The notes under the pieces were generated by a model that saw nothing but the letters and a program-made list of their open reading frames with translations, was not told where the DNA came from and did not search any database. Below are positions 8,728 to 16,388 of a stretch of 39,495 bases of DNA, piece after piece (the first letter of the stretch is position 1; every line of letters starts with the position of its first letter). Both the position numbers and the translations under genes were made by a program. This stretch comes from a virus (taxonomy: Duplodnaviria; Caudoviricetes). Location: positions 1 to 39,495 of IMG/VR virus record IMGVR_UViG_3300015050_000728. One strand, written 5' to 3'.

Positions 8728-8927
8728 ACATATACAAACCCCCACATAAACATGTGGGTGATAAAGACAAGCCCGGACAGATTGTAAATCATCCTGCCCT
8801 CAATCAGGATAAATCATTAGCGAAAGCTATTGAGGAATATAAAGATGAACAGGGAAAAGGGAATAAGATTTCTTCTTACGACTATATTGAATTGCAACGG
8901 TTCTTTAACTCGATGAACAGTAGATAA
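8724..8927 (+). CDS. Hypothetical protein (67 aa)
   Basis: ATGA overlap with the ATP-grasp gene; AAGGA RBS. Confidence 0.6.
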   Translation: MNIYKPPHKHVGDKDKPGQIVNHPALNQDKSLAKAIEEYKDEQGKGNKISSYDYIELQRFFNSMNSR

Positions 8928-8944
8928 TTTAAGGATAAATTATT

Positions 8945-9376
8945 ATGAAAAAGCTTTTGTTTGTATTAGCTCTCCTTTGCGGAGCTGCTCAGGCGGATGT
9001 TGGGGATAAACATATTGTGGTGCATGGATTTAGCCATCACACTGTAGAACGTCCTAAACCTCCAGCATGGAATGAAACTAATCCGGGACTTGGTATTCGC
9101 TATGAACTCTATGACGATGTTTCCTTTCAAGCTGGATTCTATAAGAATAGCTTTTACAAACGAAGCTATTATGGTGTTGTTGATTACACTCCATTATCTA
9201 TTGGTAAGCTGAGCGCTGGTGGATTCTTAGGAATTGCTAGTGGCTACACTGATAAAACTGGTATTGCTGGTGGAGCAATTGTCCGTTGGCAAGAGAAGCG
9301 TTATAGCACTGCTATAAGGGTAATTCCCGGCGGTAAATATAACATTGTAGCAATTGAAATAGGAGTGAAATTCTAA
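8945..9376 (+). CDS. Signal-peptide-bearing outer-membrane beta-barrel protein, PagP-like
   Basis: Signal peptide MKKLLFVLALLCGAAQA|D. SHH...WNETNPGLGIRY...GFYKNS pattern parallels PagP H...NERPWGGGFG...FKDS. Alternating amphipathic strands and a C-terminal Phe beta-signal (IEIGVKF). Confidence 0.7.
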   Translation: MKKLLFVLALLCGAAQADVGDKHIVVHGFSHHTVERPKPPAWNETNPGLGIRYELYDDVSFQAGFYKNSFYKRSYYGVVDYTPLSIGKLSAGGFLGIASGYTDKTGIAGGAIVRWQEKRYSTAIRVIPGGKYNIVAIEIGVKF

Positions 9377-9378
9377 TT

Positions 9379-9558
9379 ATGTTTACTGTCGGTTGTATCT
9401 TTCTCATCATTTCACATATAGCTAATGAGCTTAATGTAGATGTATGGAGAAATCCTGAAAATGAAACCATCGATTGGGCGTGTGCAATCGCCAATGTAAT
9501 TGGTGGTGCTTTAGTAATTGCATCAATTTTAACGTTAACTTGGAGATATTTACCATGA
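9379..9558 (+). CDS. Small 2-TM membrane protein (59 aa, MFTVGCIFLIISHIA...WACAIANVIGGALVIASILTLTWRYLP)
   Basis: Read manually. Starts 2 nt after the upstream stop and has an ATGA overlap with the downstream lipoprotein gene. Confidence 0.65.
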   Translation: MFTVGCIFLIISHIANELNVDVWRNPENETIDWACAIANVIGGALVIASILTLTWRYLP

Positions 9559-9833
9559 AAAAGAGTATTCTTGCAACATTGATTGCAATTGGTTTAGTTG
9601 GCTGTTCTAATGAAAAAGTAGCACCTGAATTAGTGTACATTGGTGCATTAGGTTGTAACACTCTTGGTCTTCAGTTTGAAGGTGTTACACAGAAATTTGA
9701 TTGGTATCAAGATACAATTACTTTAACAGTAAATTGTGGTCAAAATATTCAGATCATTATCAATGAACTCCCTAAAAACCCTCAACTATCTGCTCCAGCT
9801 AAGACTCCCTCTAAAGCTTTGAAGGATGCGTAA
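9555..9833 (+). CDS. Lipoprotein (92 aa)
   Basis: MKKSILATLIAIGLVG|C lipobox; GGAG RBS; true start at ATG 9555; two further Cys. Confidence 0.8.
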   Translation: MKKSILATLIAIGLVGCSNEKVAPELVYIGALGCNTLGLQFEGVTQKFDWYQDTITLTVNCGQNIQIIINELPKNPQLSAPAKTPSKALKDA

Positions 9834-10009
9834 TGTATTCAATTACATTATGGATACTCCTTACTCCAGCCGCTAACAATAGACCTCCTATTGTTATTGA
9901 TAATTTCTCTTCTGAACAATCTTGTTTAGTAGTCGCTGAACAGGTATGGGAAAAGAATAGAGATAGAGCTGCTTGTATCAAAGCAACCGTATTAAGGTAT
10001 AAAATATGA
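9833..10009 (+). CDS. Small exported/membrane-anchored two-Cys protein (58 aa, MYSITLWILLTPAANNRPPIVIDNFSSEQSCLVVAEQ...AACIK)
   Basis: Read manually. TAATG coupling upstream and ATGA coupling downstream; same motif layout as 2564..2725. Confidence 0.65.
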   Translation: MYSITLWILLTPAANNRPPIVIDNFSSEQSCLVVAEQVWEKNRDRAACIKATVLRYKI

Positions 10010-10203
10010 TTAGCGAAGTGGATTTACGGGATTGGGAGAATAGAATCTCTACTGCTAGACATTCATTAGCACGTATTGAGACAGATACTGGTCCAGATGT
10101 ATCGCTTGATACGATTAATGACTTTATTAATCAAGTACAAAAGCTTGTAACTGTACAACAGAAACAAGTGGCAGCTTTGTTTAAGCCGAAGGGAAGGTTA
10201 TGA
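10006..10203 (+). CDS. Hypothetical protein (65 aa)
   Basis: ORF track; translational coupling on both sides. Confidence 0.65.
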   Translation: MISEVDLRDWENRISTARHSLARIETDTGPDVSLDTINDFINQVQKLVTVQQKQVAALFKPKGRL

Positions 10204-10367
10204 CTATCGCCTATGTTGTATACGAATATAACTATGATGATTCAATGGTTCATTACGTAGCTTCATCTAAAAAACTTGCTAATCAATGGATAGATAAGTA
10301 TTGTTATAAAAAATCTGATAAGCATAAATGTAATTTCGTAATTATTGAGAAATTGATTGATGAGTAA
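10200..10367 (+). CDS. Hypothetical protein (55 aa, MTIAYVVYEYNYDDSMVHYVASSKKLANQWI...)
   Basis: Read manually; ATGA overlap; GGAAGG RBS. Confidence 0.6.
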   Translation: MTIAYVVYEYNYDDSMVHYVASSKKLANQWIDKYCYKKSDKHKCNFVIIEKLIDE

Positions 10368-10420
10368 ATTTGAACGTGATTTAAATAGAAGCCTCCTTGC
10401 ATGGTTGAAAAGGAATAAAT

Positions 10421-10924
10421 ATGGAATTTAAACCGTGGCCTAAAATCACTCGTGTAGAGAATAGGCGTCAACCTATCTTCACTGAAAAGCTTGATGGCAC
10501 TAACGCATGTATTGCCATTAGTGAAGATGGTGAATTTATGTGCCAATCACGTAATCAAATTATCACACCACATAATGACAATTATGGATTTGCAACATGG
10601 GTATATAAGAATAAAGAAAAGCTAATGTTGCTTGGTAAAGGATACCACTACGGTGAGTGGTGGGGACTTGGAATTGGTAGAGGATATGAACAAAAAGAGA
10701 AGAAATTCTCTATGTTTAACGTAGCACGATGGAGTAATCAGGAAAATCCTATCCCTGAATTGGTGAGTTGTGTTCCTTTTCTTCCTGTTCAAACCATTGA
10801 AGATGCAAGGGAATTTTTAAAAGTAAATGGAAGCGTAGCAGCTCCCGGTTACATGCGTCCAGAAGGTGCTGTTATGTATGATCCTGATACAAAGACGTGC
10901 TTTAAAATTATTATTGATAAATGA
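10421..10924 (+). CDS. Rnl2-like RNA ligase (stand-alone nucleotidyltransferase domain)
   Basis: Motif I TEKLDGTNA, QSRN, motif III YGEWWGLGI, motif IV EGAV, and C-terminal FK (motif V). Confidence 0.82.
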   Translation: MEFKPWPKITRVENRRQPIFTEKLDGTNACIAISEDGEFMCQSRNQIITPHNDNYGFATWVYKNKEKLMLLGKGYHYGEWWGLGIGRGYEQKEKKFSMFNVARWSNQENPIPELVSCVPFLPVQTIEDAREFLKVNGSVAAPGYMRPEGAVMYDPDTKTCFKIIIDK

Positions 10925-12576
10925 GCAAATGTATAGAAAAACTCCCACATAGAACAGATAAATGTAATAGTGCTAATGGTTTACAGGTGTTTGCTAAGGA
11001 AGGTGGAGGGTATGATGGTTTCTGCTTCTCATGCGGAACATACGTCCCTTCTCCTTACGAAGACAAGCCTGCAGACTATAAACCTGTACGTGTTGTAAAG
11101 ACCAAAGAACAGATTGATGCTGAGATAGAAGAGATTCATGAATACGCCACCTGTGATCTAAAAGATCGCTCACTGCGTCGCGAATCTCTAGAACACTACG
11201 GCATTAAGATTGGTGTGTCTGAACAAGATGGTATTACTCCTATCAGTCATTATTATCCTTATAAGCGTGATGGAAACATTACAGGATATAAGGTGAGGTT
11301 GATTGAAGGTAAACGTATCTGGAGTGTGGGAGAATTAAAAGATGTATCATTATTTGGATGGGATGTTGCAGTTGCTACTGGCGGTAAAAAGCTTTTCATT
11401 ACAGAAGGTGAGCTTGATGCTGTCGCTCTATTCCAAATCTTTAAAGACCATAACAGGGGCACTGCTTACGCAGATTTTAATCCTGCTATTGTGTCTCTTG
11501 CTCATGGTGCAGGTGGTGCAGCTAAAGAGCTAGGGAAAGCCATTAAGGATATTAGGGAGCATTTCAAAGAAATCGTCCTAGTATTTGATATGGATGAAGC
11601 AGGCAGGAAAGCTGCTGACGAAGTGATTCGTATCATTCCTGATGCTATGGTGGCTAATCTTCCAGCTAAGGATGCTAACGAATGTCTTATTCAAGGGCGT
11701 TCTAAAGCTTGCTACAATGCATGTCAGTTTAATGCACAGAAGCCTAAGAACACTAGATTGGTCTCAGGAGACGATTTACATGAGAAGGCTAAGCAAGCCC
11801 CTGTGTACGGTGTTTCGTGGCCTTGGAAGCACGTTACAGAGGCTACACGAGGCATTCGTACAGGTGAAACAGTTTATATTGGGGCAGGACAGAAGCAAGG
11901 AAAGAGTGAGATCGTTAACACTCTGGCAGCGCATTTTATTGCTGAGCACAAATGGAAGGTATTTCTTGTTAAGCCTGAGGAGGCTAACAATAAAACTTAT
12001 AAGCTTGTTGCTGGTAAGCTCGTTGGTAAGTTTTTTCATGATCCTACCAAACCTTTCGACGGGGATGCTTACGACAAGGCAGGCGATATATTGCGTGGGC
12101 ATTTGTATATGCTCAATTTGTATCAACACGTGGATTTTAATACGCTTAAGGGTGATATAAGGCAAGCAGCATTAGAAGGCTGTAAAGCTATCATCATTGA
12201 TCCTATTACTAATTTCACTAACGGAATGGAAGCGGCACAGGCTAATGTTAAATTACAAGAGATTGCTCAGGAACTTGCAGCCATGGCTCTTGATCTGGAT
12301 GTTGTTATTTTTATCTTCTGTCATTTACGTAATCCTGATTCTGGTCCTCCCCATGAGCGTGGTGGGGAAGTTCTTAGCAGTCAGTTTGCTGGTAGTAGGG
12401 CTATGGCTCGTTCGTGTAATCTTATGCTTGGGTTGGAAGGGAACAGAGACCCAAACCTCAAACCAGAAGAAAGAAACCTAAGAACTCTTGTTCTTCTTGA
12501 GGATAGAGAGTTTGGTGAAACTGGTAGATATAAGCTCTATTGGGATAATAAGACTGGACTATTTAATGAAATCTAA
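10921..12576 (+). CDS. T7 gp4-like DNA primase-helicase
   Basis: N-terminal Zn-binding region (FCFSCG), TOPRIM ITEGELDA and FDMDEAG, Walker A GAGQKQGKS, IIIDPI, FCHL, GSRAM. Confidence 0.95.
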   Translation: MSKCIEKLPHRTDKCNSANGLQVFAKEGGGYDGFCFSCGTYVPSPYEDKPADYKPVRVVKTKEQIDAEIEEIHEYATCDLKDRSLRRESLEHYGIKIGVSEQDGITPISHYYPYKRDGNITGYKVRLIEGKRIWSVGELKDVSLFGWDVAVATGGKKLFITEGELDAVALFQIFKDHNRGTAYADFNPAIVSLAHGAGGAAKELGKAIKDIREHFKEIVLVFDMDEAGRKAADEVIRIIPDAMVANLPAKDANECLIQGRSKACYNACQFNAQKPKNTRLVSGDDLHEKAKQAPVYGVSWPWKHVTEATRGIRTGETVYIGAGQKQGKSEIVNTLAAHFIAEHKWKVFLVKPEEANNKTYKLVAGKLVGKFFHDPTKPFDGDAYDKAGDILRGHLYMLNLYQHVDFNTLKGDIRQAALEGCKAIIIDPITNFTNGMEAAQANVKLQEIAQELAAMALDLDVVIFIFCHLRNPDSGPPHERGGEVLSSQFAGSRAMARSCNLMLGLEGNRDPNLKPEERNLRTLVLLEDREFGETGRYKLYWDNKTGLFNEI

Positions 12577-12751
12577 AGAACCTGCCATAATCTGCGCATG
12601 GTGTGAAAAAGAGAAGCCTGAAGAAAACAGTCAGGCTCTTTATAACATAGGTAGAGTTTGTGAACAATGTATAGACGAAAATTACAATAATAGGTCTGGG
12701 TATTGTTCTGACTTCTGTGCAATGGGATGTGGTTGTGATGGAAGTTGTTAA
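12566..12751 (+). CDS. Cys-rich small protein (61 aa, 9 Cys)
   Basis: ATG 12566 overlaps the helicase end; CAWC...CEQC...CSDFCAMGCGCDGSC. Confidence 0.65.
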   Translation: MKSKEPAIICAWCEKEKPEENSQALYNIGRVCEQCIDENYNNRSGYCSDFCAMGCGCDGSC

Positions 12752-12753
12752 AT

Positions 12754-12879
12754 ATGTATTTTGAAAATCCACAAGCCATGTTTGAATACCATTTTAATGG
12801 TTTATATAAATGGCACGAACAAAGACCAGAAACTCATGAAAGATGGAAAAGAATATGGGAATCTTGTCGAAAAACATAG
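12754..12879 (+). CDS. Possible small protein (41 aa, MYFENPQAMFEYHF...)
   Basis: Read manually; fills the intergenic gap; weak RBS. Confidence 0.4.
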   Translation: MYFENPQAMFEYHFNGLYKWHEQRPETHERWKRIWESCRKT

Positions 12880-12892
12880 AAAGGGGAGATAG

Positions 12893-13369
12893 ATGGCTAT
12901 TCCCACTATTGAAGAGCATTACGTAACACATTATTCAAAACTTGTTAAACGTATGACGTTCAGGGCTGGTGAGCAATGGAGTGCGGAAGATATCGTACAA
13001 GAAGCTTACACTAGATCAATTTTATATTGGAAGAGTTTTGATGGAACCAATTACGATAGGTGGCTAAACACCATTCTAAATAATTGTTTACGTGAACATA
13101 AGAATGCTGTTAAAGGCATTACGACAGTAGAATTTGATGAGGAAGAAGCTGAAGGCGTAGATTGTTCTTCTTATTCTGGACACGTAATGGCACATGTGTA
13201 TCAGTTGATTGAACAGAAGAGTGATGTACAGCGAGAGGTGTTGATGTTGTATTTCCATCAGGAATATACAGCTATTGATATTAGTCGTATCACTCCTTAT
13301 ACGTATTCACAGATTCATCAGATTGTACAGAGATTTAGAAATGAATTGAAGGAGATGTATCGTGAGTAA
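12893..13369 (+). CDS. Phage ECF-type sigma factor
   Basis: Region 2 'AEDIVQEAYTR...WLNTILNN' and region 4 'QREVLMLYFHQEYTAIDIS...'; GGGGAG RBS. phiEco32-like phages are known to encode their own sigma factor. Confidence 0.85.
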   Translation: MAIPTIEEHYVTHYSKLVKRMTFRAGEQWSAEDIVQEAYTRSILYWKSFDGTNYDRWLNTILNNCLREHKNAVKGITTVEFDEEEAEGVDCSSYSGHVMAHVYQLIEQKSDVQREVLMLYFHQEYTAIDISRITPYTYSQIHQIVQRFRNELKEMYRE

Positions 13370-13493
13370 AGAAAAACTTCATTGGTTGCTCCGATATCTA
13401 GAACTAATTGATCCAAATCCTGATCAAAATAAATATGAAAAGGAAATGATTAAATTAATTCTTCTAGATGAAGAAGAGGATGCCGATGGCTAA
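13362..13493 (+). CDS. Possible small protein (43 aa, MSKEKLHWLLRYLELIDP...)
   Basis: GTG start after AGGAG; overlaps both neighbours. Confidence 0.45.
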   Translation: MSKEKLHWLLRYLELIDPNPDQNKYEKEMIKLILLDEEEDADG

Positions 13494-13977
13494 CGTATTA
13501 TTCTGTTCCGATTTACATTTTGGACATAAGAACATTCACACCTTCCGTCCCGGAATGGATAGTGAAGAGGACAATCGTTGGCGTATTTGTGAAGATTGGC
13601 GTAAACGAGTAAGTAAACGAGACATTGTTTATGTACTTGGAGATGCTTGTTTTACTATGGATACCATATTTGAATTTGGAGACCTTCCCGGTAAGAAGAT
13701 TCTAATTCGTGGTAATCATGACCTGTTAGATACTCAGGTATATTTAAAGTATTTTGATGGAGTGTATGGGTTGTTGAAATATAAAGAGTTTTGGCTTAGC
13801 CATGCCCCTATTCATCCCGTAGAACTTCGTAACAAAGTTAATCTTCACGGACATGTTCATTATGCAACTATTCCTGACAAACGTTATCTAAACTGTTGTC
13901 CAGAGAATTTGTATCCAAACTTTGGGAGTTATCTGATTTCCTTAGATGAAGTGAGACAACATTTGAAACAACCATGA
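13486..13977 (+). CDS. Calcineurin-like metallophosphoesterase #1
   Basis: SDLHFGH, LGD, GNHD, SHAP, HGHVH. Start placed at ATG 13486 (GAGGA RBS). Confidence 0.9.
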   Translation: MANVLFCSDLHFGHKNIHTFRPGMDSEEDNRWRICEDWRKRVSKRDIVYVLGDACFTMDTIFEFGDLPGKKILIRGNHDLLDTQVYLKYFDGVYGLLKYKEFWLSHAPIHPVELRNKVNLHGHVHYATIPDKRYLNCCPENLYPNFGSYLISLDEVRQHLKQP

Positions 13978-15857
13978 AAATTGTATTTGGTGATTTAGAA
14001 GCAAACGGACTAATCCCAACAGCTACTAGGGTTTGGTGTGGAGTATTTAAGGATTTAAACACTCACGAGGTAGTTAAATTCCGTCCACATCAGATTAAAG
14101 AGATGCTTGCCTATATGGACACTATCGACGTGCTAATCATGCACAACGGTATTGGATATGACTGGCCTCTCCTTAAGAAGTTGTATGGATATGTGTTTAA
14201 GGGGAAGCGTGTAGACACCTTAATCATGTCTAGGCTTCTAAATCCCAAACGCATTGTTCCATACAATTGTCCTAACAAAGGGATAGGTCCTCATAGTATT
14301 GAAGCTTGGGGATGGAGAGTAGGGAGAGGAAAGCCTGAGCATAACGATTGGACAGTCTTCACTGAGGATATGCTACATCGTTGTTCTGAGGACGTAGAGA
14401 TTCTCCAATTAGTGTACGAAGAATTGTTGAAGGAAGCTGGAGACGGTAACTGGAGACAAGCATTCCTAATGTCTTTTGAACTGTTTGAAAACTTACATCG
14501 TCAAGAACAGTTTGGTTGGTTGGCTGATCAGGAACATATGGAGTTCTGTATTAGACAACTCACTAAATGGATGGATCGTATTGATAGAGTTGTTATTCCT
14601 AGGCTTCCAAAAGTATTGGAGGTAGAAGAACTTAAAGAAAAAGGTGAATATAAGTATGTCAAAAAACCCTTCCTCAAGAGTGGGAAGTATTCCGAAAGTG
14701 TTGTTACTTGGTGTGATCGGACTGGTATTTCTATTGACAATTGTCCCGTCGTTGGCTGTTATAGCAGGGTGGCTTTTCGCCCCATTGATTTAAATAGCGG
14801 ACTAGAGACAAAAGAACTTCTCCTCTCACAAGGATGGGAACCATTAGAATGGAATACAAATGACAATGGAGAGCGCACATCCCCGAAACTATCAAAGGAT
14901 GATCCTTTCGAGGGAGTTGAGGGAAAAGTTGGAAAACTTATTGCTAGACGTGTACAGTGCAGGCACAGACGATCTAGTATTGAGGGTCTTAAAGAGCTTA
15001 TCAGACCAGATGGACGCATCGCATCAGCAGTTAATACGCTTGCGGTAACTGGAAGAGCTACTCACAGAGGGATTGTAAATATTCCTAAGGCGGGAAGCTT
15101 CTATGGTAATCAGATGCGTCAAATCTTTATCTGTCCTGAAGGCAAGGTAGTTGTAGGAACTGACTCCGATAGTTGTCAGCTTCGTATGCTTGCTGGACGA
15201 ATGGGGGGTAAGGCTTACATTGAAGCTCTGGTGAATGGTGATAAGAAAAAGGGTACAGATAATCATTCAATGACAATGAAGATTGGTGGTCTCGAAAGTA
15301 GAGACATTGCCAAGAACGTAATGTATTGTTTGTTGTTTGGAGGTGGTGATCCTAAACTAGGACGTACTGCTAAGAAACCCGGAGAAGGTAAGGAACTTAG
15401 AGCTAAGCTATATCAAGAGCTTGAAGGCCTTGGTGAGCTTATGGAAAGATTAACGATAGAGTGGAAGGACTCAGCACGACAGAGATTTAATGCAAAGTTC
15501 AGTCGGATGGAATACTTCGATGGAACTATTACAGGTTTAGATGGTCGACCTATTAAGGTGCCTTCTGAACACATGTTGTTAGTGTACTTATTACAATCGG
15601 ATGAGGCCATAATGATGGCAAAAGCCTATAACAGATTTCATGAACGAATGACTACTCTAGGGTATACATTTGGAAAAGAATATGGAACTGTTTGCTGGTA
15701 TCACGACGAATTCACTGTTGAATGCGATAAAGATATTGCAGAGATTGTGAAGAAGGAAAGTGAAGATTCAATTGTATGGGCAGGAAAATTTTATAACATT
15801 CAATGTCCTCATGTAGGACAAGGTAAAATAGGAAAGAATTGGTATGACATTCATTAA
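13974..15857 (+). CDS. Family A DNA polymerase with 3'-5' exonuclease domain
   Basis: ExoI DLE, ExoII HNGIGYD, ExoIII CSEDV; TGRATH; motif A DSDSCQLR; motif B RDIAKNVMYCLLFG; LLQSD; motif C YHDE. Confidence 0.95.
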   Translation: MKIVFGDLEANGLIPTATRVWCGVFKDLNTHEVVKFRPHQIKEMLAYMDTIDVLIMHNGIGYDWPLLKKLYGYVFKGKRVDTLIMSRLLNPKRIVPYNCPNKGIGPHSIEAWGWRVGRGKPEHNDWTVFTEDMLHRCSEDVEILQLVYEELLKEAGDGNWRQAFLMSFELFENLHRQEQFGWLADQEHMEFCIRQLTKWMDRIDRVVIPRLPKVLEVEELKEKGEYKYVKKPFLKSGKYSESVVTWCDRTGISIDNCPVVGCYSRVAFRPIDLNSGLETKELLLSQGWEPLEWNTNDNGERTSPKLSKDDPFEGVEGKVGKLIARRVQCRHRRSSIEGLKELIRPDGRIASAVNTLAVTGRATHRGIVNIPKAGSFYGNQMRQIFICPEGKVVVGTDSDSCQLRMLAGRMGGKAYIEALVNGDKKKGTDNHSMTMKIGGLESRDIAKNVMYCLLFGGGDPKLGRTAKKPGEGKELRAKLYQELEGLGELMERLTIEWKDSARQRFNAKFSRMEYFDGTITGLDGRPIKVPSEHMLLVYLLQSDEAIMMAKAYNRFHERMTTLGYTFGKEYGTVCWYHDEFTVECDKDIAEIVKKESEDSIVWAGKFYNIQCPHVGQGKIGKNWYDIH

Positions 15858-16056
15858 AGCAAAATCAGTAGATAGTATTCTTGGTGCATTCACTAAGGCT
15901 ATTAAGGATTTGGAACAACTGGCTCAAGATAAAGCTATTGAAGCTGTTGAGAACGAAGAGAAAGCAGCTAAGTATCTCAATGATGCTAACAAAGCTAATA
16001 CAGAAGCTAATCGTGCTATTCAAGCATCTATCAAAATTAAATCAATCACAGAATAA
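15844..16056 (+). CDS. Hypothetical coiled-coil protein (70 aa)
   Basis: Ala/Glu/Lys-rich helical sequence; overlaps the polymerase stop. Confidence 0.7.
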   Translation: MTFIKAKSVDSILGAFTKAIKDLEQLAQDKAIEAVENEEKAAKYLNDANKANTEANRAIQASIKIKSITE

Positions 16057-16073
16057 TTTAAGGATATAAATTC

Positions 16074-16382
16074 ATGTCTAAAGAAAATAACAAACCAGAG
16101 CTTAAAGCAGTGCCAAGTGGAGAAGCCTCAGTGCTTGGAGAATTTAAAAGTAAAAAGAATAACCTGAGTATCATCTTCCGTCCTACTATTCGTAATGAAG
16201 TAGTTGGATATTATGAAATGATTGGTAATCCAAAACCACTGGATTTCAAAGGCCCAGACTTTAACGATATCAAGGGATATTCAATCAATGGTCCATTTCT
16301 TGTGGTACTGTTGAAAGATGACACACAATATGTCTATCCTCTGGAAGACATTGCTCGTATTAAAACTTACGTAACGGAATAA
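16074..16382 (+). CDS. Hypothetical protein (102 aa)
   Basis: TAAGGA RBS; ORF track. Confidence 0.7.
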   Translation: MSKENNKPELKAVPSGEASVLGEFKSKKNNLSIIFRPTIRNEVVGYYEMIGNPKPLDFKGPDFNDIKGYSINGPFLVVLLKDDTQYVYPLEDIARIKTYVTE

Positions 16383-16388
16383 TTAAAC

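Noticed and set aside
8945-10009. Lysis cassette (holin/spanin) reading of the membrane and lipoprotein genes
   Set aside because: No endolysin is adjacent, the genes sit in the early arm, and there is no coiled-coil i-spanin. Not fully excluded.
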